Shown: piece after piece, positions 49,801-58,965 of the stretch | Layout of the letters: each line of letters opens with the position of its first letter | Numbering within the stretch: position 1 is the stretch's first letter | NCBI GenBank assembly: GCA_039809385.1 | Contig: JBDHUY010000004.1 | Coordinates: 71,298 to 135,297 of the forward strand | Direction of reading: 5' to 3' | From: Candidatus Altimarinota bacterium | GTDB taxonomy: Bacteria > Patescibacteriota > Gracilibacteria > JBDHUY01 | Length of the DNA: 64,000 nt | Notes under the pieces: generated by a model | What the model was told of the DNA's origin: nothing | What the model saw: only the letters and a program-made list of their open reading frames with translations | Databases searched by the model: none | Position numbers and translations under genes: made by a program

Positions 49801-51306
49801 ATGGAAAATCGAAAATTTCTGGTTTTGGGGGGAGCTGCCGGGTTCATCCTGCTTTTATTCGTGCCCTTCTTGTTCAGCGCCGTTTTGCGTGCTTGTTCGG
49901 CTCCGGCTGCGCCTAAAAACACTAATGGAAATCAAACCGTCCAGGTCGTTCAGAAAAAATTGACCGTGTGGGGAGTCGAGGATCAACGTGAGTTGTACGA
50001 AGGAATTTTTCAGTCCTTTTCCCAGAATCATCCCGGTTTTTTGGTCGATTACCGCACATTCAGCGATCTGAAAGAATATCACGACCTGTTAATCGATGCG
50101 ATTGCCGAAGGACGCGGACCGGATATAGCAATGGTCGAAAATACCTGGGTATTGAAAGATAAAAACAAATTTTCGCCCTTCCCGGTAGGGTTGCGCGAGA
50201 TCGATGCAAAAAAATATCGTGAAACCTTTGTCGATGTGGCTGCCAAAGATCTGATCCTCAACGACGATGCGGGAGTACCTCAGATATGGGGATTCCCGGC
50301 CAGTGTCGATACGTTGGCCATTTACTACAATAAAAAACATTTCCGGGATTATGTTCTTTCCAGCGCGTTGCCGGCCGATTTGTGGAAAAGCGCCGGCGGA
50401 AACGACATTATCGGCCAGGTGATCAAAATGACGAAACCCGATCTCTCGTTCGAGCGTTTCCAACTATCGGGTATGGCAATGGGACGATCCGACAATATAA
50501 GCATGGGCATCGATATCCTGTCATTGCTGTTGCTCCAGTTTAATACCAAACTCTACGACGAAGCATTTACCAATACGATCTTGCCCAACAGCAGCGGAAT
50601 CGATCCTACTACCAACGAATCAGTCTTTCCGGCTCAAAACGCGCTTCAGCTCTACACCAGTTTTGGTTTGAACGAATTCAAACATTATTCCTGGAACGAA
50701 CTGATTACCAAGAAAGAAGAAGGTGATGACGAGATCGGCGTTTTTGCGGGCGGGAAAGTTGCCATGATTTTCGGATATTCTTCAACCTATGACAAAATTA
50801 TCGCCACGATCAAGCGTAAAAAAGAACGCGGGAAACCCACCATGTCCGAGGACGATATCGGGATCGAGCCGGTTCCGCGTATCAATGAGGGATTGGATCG
50901 TGTCACATATGCCAGCTATTTTCCTTTTGTCGTGACGAGTACCAGCGGGTATAAGCAAGAAGCCTGGGATCTGATACTCGATCTGGTCGATCGGTCGGCT
51001 CAGGAACTCTATTTTTCCAAAGCCCATAAACCCACCAGTCTGTATGATCTGGTAGATGCTCAGTCCATTGATCCGTTATACGGAGTGTTTGCTCTGCAAG
51101 TCAGCTCGGCGCAAAGTTTACCCCTGGTCGAGCCCTTTAAACAGCGCGAAATACTGGCGCAGATGGTCGACGATGTTATTAATGGGCGTAAAGATGCCCG
51201 CCAGGCTATTACCGAGGCGAATACTCGTATGAAATGTCTGCTCGATCAGTATAATCGCGTGCAGGATAAAGAGGGGATCAATTGTTTGAGGGTGCCTTTG
51301 CAGTAG
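49801..51306 (+). CDS. Extracellular solute-binding protein (sugar ABC-type)
   Basis: TM anchor; LTVWG, GRGPDI, DTLAIYYNK and FAGGKVAM motifs. Confidence 0.85.
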   Translation: MENRKFLVLGGAAGFILLLFVPFLFSAVLRACSAPAAPKNTNGNQTVQVVQKKLTVWGVEDQRELYEGIFQSFSQNHPGFLVDYRTFSDLKEYHDLLIDAIAEGRGPDIAMVENTWVLKDKNKFSPFPVGLREIDAKKYRETFVDVAAKDLILNDDAGVPQIWGFPASVDTLAIYYNKKHFRDYVLSSALPADLWKSAGGNDIIGQVIKMTKPDLSFERFQLSGMAMGRSDNISMGIDILSLLLLQFNTKLYDEAFTNTILPNSSGIDPTTNESVFPAQNALQLYTSFGLNEFKHYSWNELITKKEEGDDEIGVFAGGKVAMIFGYSSTYDKIIATIKRKKERGKPTMSEDDIGIEPVPRINEGLDRVTYASYFPFVVTSTSGYKQEAWDLILDLVDRSAQELYFSKAHKPTSLYDLVDAQSIDPLYGVFALQVSSAQSLPLVEPFKQREILAQMVDDVINGRKDARQAITEANTRMKCLLDQYNRVQDKEGINCLRVPLQ

Positions 51307-51451
51307 TTATATGTGAGAGACTTCTCCTAGATTGGAATATATTGTGCAGCCTACTACTGTAAAATATTGCAAAAGATATTACCCCATTTTTCGTAATCGG
51401 AAAGAAGAAAGTTATTAGTTCTTTTAGTGTTGAATGCAGGAATTTCTTCAA

Positions 51452-51694
51452 TTATATTAATCTTTTGTTTCTAAAAGCGATCCCCGATGCGGGTTTCAAA
51501 TATTTCTCAAAATCTAAAACTTTTTTCTTATCCTTAAACGCACAGTGATAAACCATCTTCCAGGGGCGAAATTTATTTGTATGAACAGATTTACCACTAT
51601 TATGTCCTTCCAAACGAAGATGAATATTCTCGGAAAACCCTGTATAGAATTGTTTTGAAAAATGAATGCTCTGTATAATGTAAACGTAGAACAT
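51452..51694 (-). CDS. Small GIY-YIG nuclease family protein
   Basis: FYVYII...YTG.....RL..HN.G...T....PW and FEKYLK motifs. Confidence 0.9.
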   Translation of the reverse strand: MFYVYIIQSIHFSKQFYTGFSENIHLRLEGHNSGKSVHTNKFRPWKMVYHCAFKDKKKVLDFEKYLKPASGIAFRNKRLI

Positions 51695-51806
51695 ATTAGG
51701 TAGTTTATGGCAGTGCCATTCGAAGCGTCTATGCAAATTACTTTCCTGAAAGCATGGGCCCTTCTTCGCTAGAGCTACGAAAGGCATTCTTCGCTGGCGC
51801 GAAGAA

Positions 51807-51892
51807 TGGTGGGAGGTGACGGATTCGAACCGCCGAAGGCGTATGCCAGTAGATTTACAGTCTACCCCATTTGGCCACTCTGGTAACCTCCC
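51807..51892 (-). tRNA. tRNA-Tyr(GTA)
   Basis: Reverse complement: GGGAGGT acceptor, GTAGA-CTGTAAA-TCTAC anticodon arm, long variable arm, CCA end. Confidence 0.96.
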
Positions 51893-51960
51893 GTGAATAA
51901 CATACAGGTTTTGATTTCAAAGTTCGACGAACTCTGAACGCGTGTCTCGAACTAATTTAC

Positions 51961-52035
51961 TGGAGCCACCTGTCGGATTTGAACCGACGACCCGCTGTTT
52001 ACAAAACAGCTGCTCTACCGCTGAGCTAAGGTGGC
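51961..52035 (-). tRNA. tRNA-Thr(TGT)
   Basis: Reverse complement: GCCACCT acceptor, GCTGT-TTTGTAA-ACAGC anticodon arm, CCA end. Confidence 0.96.
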
Positions 52036-52111
52036 CTGAAACAGATAACCAATAATCCTTGGCTGCGGATTGGCAATTTCGGGTAGGGTACTTCCCGCCA
52101 AGAGCAGTGCC

Positions 52112-52140
52112 ATATTATGGTAAAGCTAGAAGGGCGTCAA
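52112..52140 (-). promoter_or_regulatory. Putative promoter of the tRNA-Thr/Tyr operon
   Basis: TTGACG-N17-TAATAT on the minus strand. Confidence 0.55.
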
Positions 52141-52360
52141 GCCGGGTTTTTCAAAATCGGCGTATTGGCTTTTGCCAAGTTTTGTAATATTGGTTAGATT
52201 CTCGCATTTATCTTTTTAAGCAGCATGTGATTTTTCTATATTATTGGATTCTGGCAAATCTTTTTTAATTCCGCTGTCTTGTGAGAAAGGCCTTACATTG
52301 GTATACTTTACCAGAAATGCTTGATACGAATGTATTTTATTCATTAAACAAAAAGTATCT

Positions 52361-53152
52361 ATGCAACGCACACCCGACGATGTTTTTCATCAGTATCTCT
52401 CTTTGCTTCTGGCCGCAGTCGTAATCGGAGGATCTCTGATCTTGGGAGCCAATAATATTGCGGCGAATCTCAAACTGGTAGCCGACAGCAAACCTGCTAT
52501 GCAGGCTGCCGACAAACCCGGTACCGTAGCCGATAACAATACCCAGCCAACCCCAACCCCGACGCCAACTCCAACTCCGACTCCTCAGCCGACGGTCGCA
52601 GATCTTTCCGGTGTAACGTTCGACGACGCTGAAATTCTCGGCAAAAAAGATGCTCCTGTGACGATTATCGAATTCAGTGATTTTCAATGTCCGTTTTGTA
52701 AACGTTTGTTCGATACGGTCGAAGCACAATTGAAAAAAGAATATGTAGATACGGGCAAGGTGCGGTTCATTTATAAAAATTACGCTTTTCTCGGACCTGA
52801 CTCGGTGAGTGCAGCACAAGGTCTGTACTGTGCTAAAGACCAGGGTAAATATTGGCAGTATCATGAGTATCTGTTTACCAACCAGGGTGCGGAGCATGGA
52901 GGCTGGGCTTCCAAAGAAAATATTAAAAAGATTGCGGCGGAAAATCTGAAGCTGGATGCCAAAAAATTCAATGATTGTATGGACACTGAGAAATATAAAG
53001 ACAAAGTCAATCAAGATCTGCTTGAGGGACAAAAGATTGGTGTGAACGGTACTCCGGCCACATTTATCAACGGTGAGTCGATTCCCGGTGCTCAACCGTA
53101 TGCCGTGTTTAAGGCCGCTATCGATAAGCAGTTGCAAGCGAAGGGACTGTAA
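52361..53152 (+). CDS. DsbA family thiol-disulfide oxidoreductase with (PT)n linker
   Basis: FSDFQCPFC, GVNGTP and GAQPY motifs. Confidence 0.93.
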   Translation: MQRTPDDVFHQYLSLLLAAVVIGGSLILGANNIAANLKLVADSKPAMQAADKPGTVADNNTQPTPTPTPTPTPTPQPTVADLSGVTFDDAEILGKKDAPVTIIEFSDFQCPFCKRLFDTVEAQLKKEYVDTGKVRFIYKNYAFLGPDSVSAAQGLYCAKDQGKYWQYHEYLFTNQGAEHGGWASKENIKKIAAENLKLDAKKFNDCMDTEKYKDKVNQDLLEGQKIGVNGTPATFINGESIPGAQPYAVFKAAIDKQLQAKGL

Positions 53153-53185
53153 ACTCTGAAAAAATTGCTACGAGTATCTCTTCTA

Positions 53186-53219
53186 AAAGAGCTGGAACTT
53201 GTTTCCGGCTCTTTTTTAT
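53186..53219. terminator. Bidirectional intrinsic terminator
   Basis: aaaagagctggaa...ttccggctctttttt between convergent genes. Confidence 0.75.
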
Positions 53220-53220
53220 T

Positions 53221-54708
53221 TTATGTTTCGACTTTTCCCGTCGTGTATGGAAGGGTTACCAGGGGCGATTCCGTGGAATTTTCGAATTGACGGGCTGCCG
53301 ACAGATAAGCTCCCGTCAAGAGTGTCACACCTCCCGAATGTGTCTCGAGGGAAGAACGGGCCGTATTAATATCGAGGCAACTTTCCAAGAAGTTATATAA
53401 AAGATCTCTTCTGCTCGCATCTATTTTCCAGTTTTCATATTGCGGAAATAGCTTTAAAAGTTCTCCGACAATATTCATTCTTCCGCCTTTGATCATGGTT
53501 CTTATACCTTTTCTCGTTCTTGCTCCTTGTTTCTGTAATAGCGGATTGTAGGCTGAAGCGCTCCAGTCTTTGATCAAAGTACCGCTCATGTCGGAATCCA
53601 CCAGTGTATGAAAGGCATAGGGTCCCTGAAATATCTGCCATTCCTCGTGTTTGAATCGTCCGCTTCCTTGATACAGATCACTCTGATCGAGACTTCCTGT
53701 CCTGGCAGATAGCCCGTTATGGATCAAACTTGCTTCTGCCGTCGTGACGATCTTTCCTTGGGATAAAAATTTCATGAAGACATGAGCGTCAATCTCTCCT
53801 TTGGGAGTTTCGACTTTTGTTTTTTCCGGGCTTGCATCTCGCGGGGATAACTTGATGGGATGGGCAGATAAATCGTTAGCTCTCACAAAGGTTGAGAAAA
53901 ATTGAACGGAATCGATCTGGATCGGACTATTCGATGTCCGGATGATTTGATCTATCATGTCAAAAATATGGTAACCTGTGTGTCCCAAGACCCCATAGCC
54001 TCGATCAAATCCATGATATTGTATAGTGGCTAATTCTTCGGCTATTCTCCATTGTCCGTCAGATTTTACAACCCGAATATGGCTGGGAGCTTGGCCGGTT
54101 TGGGTTTGAACGTTTTCTATTTTCTGCAACAGTTCTGTATACTGCGGATCATAGCGTCTTTGCACGCTTATCTGGCAGGCCAGCTGTGGTTTCTCTTTTT
54201 TTGCTGTTTCATAGGCATCTGCCAGTCTTTTATAATCTTCCAGAATCTTGTAGGCTTGAGTCGGATTGATACCGGCATCCTTGCTTATAGTAATTGGCTT
54301 GTCGATCAGCGTATGTATCTTGTTTTCGATTAACCATAGGGCATAGTCGAGGTGCGATTCCGGTTCGGTGGAAACAATTCCTGCACTGATACCGTTTTGT
54401 GGAAAAATATCAGAAGGAATAATCTGTTTCTGATCGTTTGCATAACGCTCATGAAATTCGGCAGCAGTCAAAACGACTGTTTGATTATATCCCAATCGAG
54501 CCAGGTAATTTTTCGTATCTTCAATCTTGTCCTCTAGTTCCACAACGAAGCTGATGCGGGTACGCAGCACTTTGCTCAATGAGTAGATCAGCGGAAGATA
54601 AACGTCACGAGCATACGGCCCGCATCCGAATACCCCTAGGTTAAAATCTCCTTCTTGCGAGGTATCTGTATTTGGTTTCCAGCCATTGATTAGACGTGAT
54701 ACACCCAT
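53221..54708 (-). CDS. Gfo/Idh/MocA-family oxidoreductase-like protein
   Basis: GVFGCG, STEP..H, IDKPI, QRRY and HTGYH..D motifs. Confidence 0.72.
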   Translation of the reverse strand: MGVSRLINGWKPNTDTSQEGDFNLGVFGCGPYARDVYLPLIYSLSKVLRTRISFVVELEDKIEDTKNYLARLGYNQTVVLTAAEFHERYANDQKQIIPSDIFPQNGISAGIVSTEPESHLDYALWLIENKIHTLIDKPITISKDAGINPTQAYKILEDYKRLADAYETAKKEKPQLACQISVQRRYDPQYTELLQKIENVQTQTGQAPSHIRVVKSDGQWRIAEELATIQYHGFDRGYGVLGHTGYHIFDMIDQIIRTSNSPIQIDSVQFFSTFVRANDLSAHPIKLSPRDASPEKTKVETPKGEIDAHVFMKFLSQGKIVTTAEASLIHNGLSARTGSLDQSDLYQGSGRFKHEEWQIFQGPYAFHTLVDSDMSGTLIKDWSASAYNPLLQKQGARTRKGIRTMIKGGRMNIVGELLKLFPQYENWKIDASRRDLLYNFLESCLDINTARSSLETHSGGVTLLTGAYLSAARQFENSTESPLVTLPYTTGKVET

Positions 54709-54790
54709 GGCCTAATGAATATTGGAGGTTAAAGTTAATTCAAGTGTATACTTATACCACCCGTATATAAAAAATAAAGCTAAATATACA

Positions 54791-54821
54791 AAAAAAAGAC
54801 CTTTCACGGCGAAAGGTCTTT
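54791..54821 (-). terminator. Intrinsic terminator
   Basis: aaagacctttc/gaaaggtcttt stem with A-run on the + strand (U-run on the - strand). Confidence 0.8.
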
Positions 54822-54850
54822 AAATCAAGGTTTGTGGCAGAGAGAAAGAG

Positions 54851-55384
54851 CTATCCCTGGGGTTCGCCAGTGGTATTTTGTTTTTCGGAATCAGGGAGCT
54901 TCTGCTCAAAAAAATGCATCTTGCCGGCTCCTTTGAAAAAATGATTCTTGAGACGTTTCCCCGGATGGCCCGGCAGCTCGAGCCCCAGTTCTGTGCGAAT
55001 ATCGTTGGCTGCCTGCATCTTTTCGGCGGCTTCTTTCAGCAGTTTGTGCATCTCGGCGAAACGGGCGAAATTGTCCTGGGTAATCTTCTGATACAATGGC
55101 CCGGTTCGTCCGTATTGTTCCATCAGCGTCTTCCATTCGGCATAATCGCCTTCCTCGATTTCTTTCGCCAAAGCTTCATGTTGGGCTTTCATCTCGGCCA
55201 GTTTGGCGGGATCAAGCATTTTATGGAAAAATCCCTTTTGATTTTCCCCGGTAGATTCGGTCTGTTCGGCAACGGGATCTGGTGCCGTGTTCTGATTCTG
55301 GGCACCGACACTGCTGGCCGTAATACCGGATGTGACCAGTACCACCCCGGTCAGGGTCGTAGCAAGTAAAAGCTTCTTATTCAT
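54851..55384 (-). CDS. Hypothetical secreted helical protein
   Basis: Signal peptide; IEEGDYAEW and IT.DNF.RF.EMH motifs. Confidence 0.7.
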   Translation of the reverse strand: MNKKLLLATTLTGVVLVTSGITASSVGAQNQNTAPDPVAEQTESTGENQKGFFHKMLDPAKLAEMKAQHEALAKEIEEGDYAEWKTLMEQYGRTGPLYQKITQDNFARFAEMHKLLKEAAEKMQAANDIRTELGLELPGHPGKRLKNHFFKGAGKMHFFEQKLPDSEKQNTTGEPQG

Positions 55385-55448
55385 AGAAAATTAGGATAAA
55401 ACAGAAAGTAAAATAGGATAATACCGCGGTTGAGAGGTGATCAATCCC

Positions 55449-56243
55449 TCAGGGAGTAGTACGATCCGGTAAAAAATTTTCTTTCATTTTTTCTCTGAAT
55501 TGTTGCAGAGGCGGTTTCAGAAGGGGAAAAAATCGCGGTTTGGGCGGACGGATAAACCAGGGGAGGATCCGAAACGCCCTGAACCGGTCCGGCCCGGTCT
55601 GGTGTCCTTCCAGGCGGATCCGGATACCGTTTATCAGTGGCGGATGCGGCGGTTTTACTTCAGTGATGTTGATATACCACAGTTTGTTGTGCATGTCGCG
55701 TAAACGGAATCCGGCTTCCGCCTGACCTTGTACTTCTTCGATCATCCCGTTGAGCAAGCCTATTTCAGGTCTGAGCCAGCGGTTCTCTTTTGTGACCATG
55801 ACCTGCTCGTAAAACGGTACGTTTTGAACTGCCAGATCTTCCAGTGTTTCGGGCAAATCGGTAAAACTATATACAACAACCCCGCCGATAAAACTCAGCG
55901 CCAGACTTGCCATGATAGTCACGCTGAACCCCCAGCGGTAGCCTCGTTGGGTGTGCTTGAAGTGGTAATAAGCACTGCCGATAAACAGCAGTGTAAAAAT
56001 GATCCACAGATACGGAATATCCATTAGTAAAAAGATCCAGCGATTGGAAAAATCGTAGTATACTTCCCAATCGAAGTCATAGACATAAAACAAAAATACA
56101 GCACAGGCCAGACTCCCCAGCAGGATAGATAGGATTAACAAAACTCGAATAACCCACGCATTGAGCAGAAACTGCCAGCGCGGTTTCGGTTGGATGTGTT
56201 CCTTGTCTATTTGTTCGAGCACCTTTTGGCTAATATCGGGCAT
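55449..56243 (-). CDS. Membrane protein, candidate anti-sigma factor partner
   Basis: I.PKPRWQF; three TM helices plus an extracytoplasmic domain; downstream of the ECF sigma gene. Confidence 0.6.
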   Translation of the reverse strand: MPDISQKVLEQIDKEHIQPKPRWQFLLNAWVIRVLLILSILLGSLACAVFLFYVYDFDWEVYYDFSNRWIFLLMDIPYLWIIFTLLFIGSAYYHFKHTQRGYRWGFSVTIMASLALSFIGGVVVYSFTDLPETLEDLAVQNVPFYEQVMVTKENRWLRPEIGLLNGMIEEVQGQAEAGFRLRDMHNKLWYINITEVKPPHPPLINGIRIRLEGHQTGPDRFRAFRILPWFIRPPKPRFFPLLKPPLQQFREKMKENFLPDRTTP

Positions 56244-56255
56244 GGAAATGGGGGA

Positions 56256-56386
56256 GTGAAAAGTGAAAAGTGAAAAGTGAAAAGTCAAAAGTGAAAAGTG
56301 AAAAGTGAAAAGTGAAAAGTCAAAAGTGAAAAGTCAAAAGTCAAAAGTCAAAAGTCAAAAGTCAAAAGTCAAAAGTCAAAAGTCAA
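56256..56386. repeat. Heptamer tandem repeat GT(G/C)AAAA x18 plus a partial
   Basis: Counted 9 GTGAAAA and 9 GTCAAAA units. Confidence 0.97.
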
Positions 56387-56431
56387 TATCCTTATCCGTA
56401 TGTTCCATACATAATACATTATACCTAATAC

Positions 56432-57037
56432 CTAATACTTCCCCCTCATCATCGCCGCAAATTTATCTTTGGCTATTTTTTTAGCGCGGTTGATCAGCGT
56501 GGCGACGGTTCCCATCGGTTTTTGTAAAATATCGCTGATCTCCCGGTAATCTTTATCTTCGAAATACTGCAGTACCAGAACTTCGCGATAATCTTCGGGG
56601 AGGGTGTTTAGTACGTTTTTTACCTTTGCGCTTAAAAGTTTTTGATCCATTTCTTCGGGCAAGTCGGTAGTGTCTCTAAGAACATCCAGCAGTTTTCCGG
56701 CATCGGGATTGCTTTCGTCGTCGAGCGAAATATGGGACGCTTTGCTTTTCTTTTTTCGAACGTGATCGATCATTTCGTTATGAACGATCCGGTATATCCA
56801 GCTGCTGAATTTGAGTGAGCGATCGTAGCCCCGGATGTTCAGATAGGCTTTCAAAAATGCGTTTTGCAGGATATCTTCATAGTCCTCGCGACGTTCCAGT
56901 CGCGTAATACTCATCAGGAATCGTAAGAGCCTCTGCTCATATCGTTCCATCAGATAGAGATAGTTCTCCTTGTTCTCAAGAACCATGCCCACCAGTTCTT
57001 CGTCGGTTTTCTGTTCGATATCGATGATTTTTTGCAT
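56432..57037 (-). CDS. ECF RNA polymerase sigma factor
   Basis: EDILQNAFLKAY, FSSWIYRI.HN and region 4 YREIS.IL..P.GTV...INRA. Confidence 0.93.
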   Translation of the reverse strand: MQKIIDIEQKTDEELVGMVLENKENYLYLMERYEQRLLRFLMSITRLERREDYEDILQNAFLKAYLNIRGYDRSLKFSSWIYRIVHNEMIDHVRKKKSKASHISLDDESNPDAGKLLDVLRDTTDLPEEMDQKLLSAKVKNVLNTLPEDYREVLVLQYFEDKDYREISDILQKPMGTVATLINRAKKIAKDKFAAMMRGKY

Positions 57038-57155
57038 AGGACTGCCACTTCTTATACGTTTATAAATGTGTTTTTCTTTCACTCTCGGTCAAGGACGCGC
57101 ATTTCCTACTATAGCTTCTTTCACAAAGAAGTTCAATTTGTGTTCTAACGTGATC

Positions 57156-58322
57156 TCACCTCTCTCTGGCCTGAAATGTTTCAAGGGTTTCTGCCAAATC
57201 TTCAATGAGGTCTGAAGAGTCTTCTATCCCTACCGAAAAGCGTACCAACCCGTCGGGTAGCCCGGCTTTTTTGCGTTCCTCGGCAGGAATCGACGCATGG
57301 GTCATGCTGGCCGGGTGATCTACCAGCGATTCGACGCCGCCCAGACTTTCGGCGAGCGTGAAAAGTTCGAAAGAGGCGATAAACCGCTTCATTATTTCCA
57401 GCTCAAAATCGAATTCCGCCGACACGATCCCGCCGAAGCCCGACATCTGTGCTTGCGCCACTCCATGATTCGCGTGACTGGCTAACCCCGGATAGTAGAC
57501 CTTTTTTACTTTCGGATGTTGTTGTAGAAACTCGGCGATTGCCATAGCATTTTTCTGGTGTTGCTCCATACGCAATCCGAGCGTCTTGATCCCGCGCGAG
57601 GTCAGCCATGCGTCGAACGGACTGGGGTTGAGCCCCATGGCTTTTCGTAAAAAATCGGCTTGCTCTTTGATGCCGCCCTGATTCGTAATAAGAGTCCCGC
57701 CGATAATATCCGAATGGCCTCCTAAATATTTTGTGGTACTGTGAATGACGACGTCTGCTCCCAGAGCCAGCGGATTTTGGAAATACGGTGTGGCAAACGT
57801 ATTGTCGACCGCGACGATGGTATTGTATCGATGCGCCAGTCCGGCGACTTTTCTAATATCCGTAATCCGTAGTAGGGGATTGGTAGGGGATTCGATAAAA
57901 AGCAGGGCCGGTTGTTCCTCCAGGCTTTTTTGTACCGCTTCCAGATCGGAGGTATCTACCTGCAGGAGGCGGATGCCGAACTTCTCGAATACCTGCCGAA
58001 ACAGGCGGTATGTCCCGCCGTACATGTCGTACGATGCTACTACCGTATCGCCGCTTTTGAGCATGCTCACGAGTGCGGTAATTGCGCCTAATCCCGAAGA
58101 GAAAGCAGTTGCGAACTTGCCCTGTTCCAGGCTGGCCAGCGTTTCTTCCAGGTGGGTGAAATTGGGATTGCCGGCCCGGGTATAGTCGTATCCTTTGTGA
58201 GCCCCCGGAAACTCCTGGGCATAGGTCGAGGTCATATAGATCGGCGGAATGACCGAGCCGGTATGCGGATCCGGTTGTTGTCCGGTATGAATGGCGTGAG
58301 TGAGAAAAGAACGTGGTTTCAT
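57156..58322 (-). CDS. Cystathionine gamma-lyase/synthase (Cys/Met metabolism PLP enzyme)
   Basis: YTRAGNP, FSSG, ESPTNP, VDNTF, HSTTKYLGGHSD (PLP Lys) and SLGGVESL motifs. Confidence 0.95.
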   Translation of the reverse strand: MKPRSFLTHAIHTGQQPDPHTGSVIPPIYMTSTYAQEFPGAHKGYDYTRAGNPNFTHLEETLASLEQGKFATAFSSGLGAITALVSMLKSGDTVVASYDMYGGTYRLFRQVFEKFGIRLLQVDTSDLEAVQKSLEEQPALLFIESPTNPLLRITDIRKVAGLAHRYNTIVAVDNTFATPYFQNPLALGADVVIHSTTKYLGGHSDIIGGTLITNQGGIKEQADFLRKAMGLNPSPFDAWLTSRGIKTLGLRMEQHQKNAMAIAEFLQQHPKVKKVYYPGLASHANHGVAQAQMSGFGGIVSAEFDFELEIMKRFIASFELFTLAESLGGVESLVDHPASMTHASIPAEERKKAGLPDGLVRFSVGIEDSSDLIEDLAETLETFQARER

Positions 58323-58358
58323 GATTGATAATGAGAAGTTAGGATAAAAATAAAACAC

Positions 58359-58390
58359 AAAAAAACTCCCGGACAGAGGCGAGAGTTTTT
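58359..58390 (-). terminator. Attenuator terminator in the leader of the Cys/Met enzyme
   Basis: mRNA AAAAACTCTCG-loop-CGGGAGTTTTTTT, 36 nt before the ATG. Confidence 0.8.
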
Positions 58391-58415
58391 ACATTGTGTC
58401 GGCGGTATGGAAATT

Positions 58416-58505
58416 TTATGCACGACAACAGCAAAAAGCGCCTCTGGAACAGCGGTTGAATCGACAACAAGTCTGAGAAGAAAATTGCGAGACGACTGCG
58501 TGCAT
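58416..58505 (-). CDS. Cys-rich leader peptide (29 aa)
   Basis: MHAVVSQFSSQTCCRFNRCSRGAFCCCRA*; 6 Cys; contains CAGAGGCG, complementary to the terminator. Confidence 0.8.
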   Translation of the reverse strand: MHAVVSQFSSQTCCRFNRCSRGAFCCCRA

Positions 58506-58597
58506 GTAAATTTTTTTAATATCTTGTAGTCTTATAATACCTTTTCTGTTTCCAAACAACAACTATAATCTTTTTAGTCCTCTGAAATGATCGGTTA

Positions 58598-58625
58598 TTG
58601 ACGATCTCCTTTTTTCTCCTAAACT
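58598..58625 (+). promoter_or_regulatory. Sigma70-type promoter upstream of the tandem Arg leaders
   Basis: TTGACG-N16-TAAACT. Confidence 0.6.
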
Positions 58626-58648
58626 TAGAGTAAATTTCTCCACAGACT

Positions 58649-58735
58649 ATGCAACTGCTTTGTATCAACCGGCGACGACGAGTTTCTCAAAAATCTTTCC
58701 TGTCGAAAGTCGGTTTAACGTTGCTTCCTCTCTAG
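58649..58735 (+). CDS. Arg-run leader peptide 1 (28 aa)
   Basis: MQLLCINRRRRVSQKSFLSKVGLTLLPL*; codons CGG CGA CGA CGA. Confidence 0.7.
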   Translation: MQLLCINRRRRVSQKSFLSKVGLTLLPL

Positions 58736-58758
58736 TTTTTCTCTTTTGCAACGACCAT

Positions 58759-58790
58759 AGAGCTTTCCCGACGGGAAGGCTCTTTTTTTT
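58759..58790 (+). terminator. Attenuator terminator 1
   Basis: AGAGCTTTCCC-GAC-GGGAAGGCTCT followed by T7. Confidence 0.82.
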
Positions 58791-58817
58791 GCGTATTCTC
58801 TTCTTATTTTTTCTATC

Positions 58818-58895
58818 ATGAATTTCTCGTTTTATTCTTTCTCTCTTATCTCCTCTCTGCGACGACGCTTTTTCCATTGCGGAAAAGGGCCCTAG
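58818..58895 (+). CDS. Arg-run leader peptide 2 (25 aa)
   Basis: MNFSFYSFSLISSLRRRFFHCGKGP*; codons CGA CGA CGC. Confidence 0.72.
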   Translation: MNFSFYSFSLISSLRRRFFHCGKGP

Positions 58896-58920
58896 TTTAT
58901 GATGATTAGCGTTTTCTCTC

Positions 58921-58965
58921 AAAGCCTTTTTCCAAGCTGATCCAATCTGGAAAAAGGCTTTTTTT
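58921..58965 (+). terminator. Attenuator terminator 2
   Basis: 14-bp stem AAAGCCTTTTTCCA/TGGAAAAAGGCTTT plus T-run, 23 nt before ATG 58989. Confidence 0.85.

Noticed and set aside
58665-58922. 85-aa Lys/Arg-rich minus-strand ORF in the ORF track
   Set aside because: Antisense shadow of the pyrimidine-rich + strand leader/terminator region
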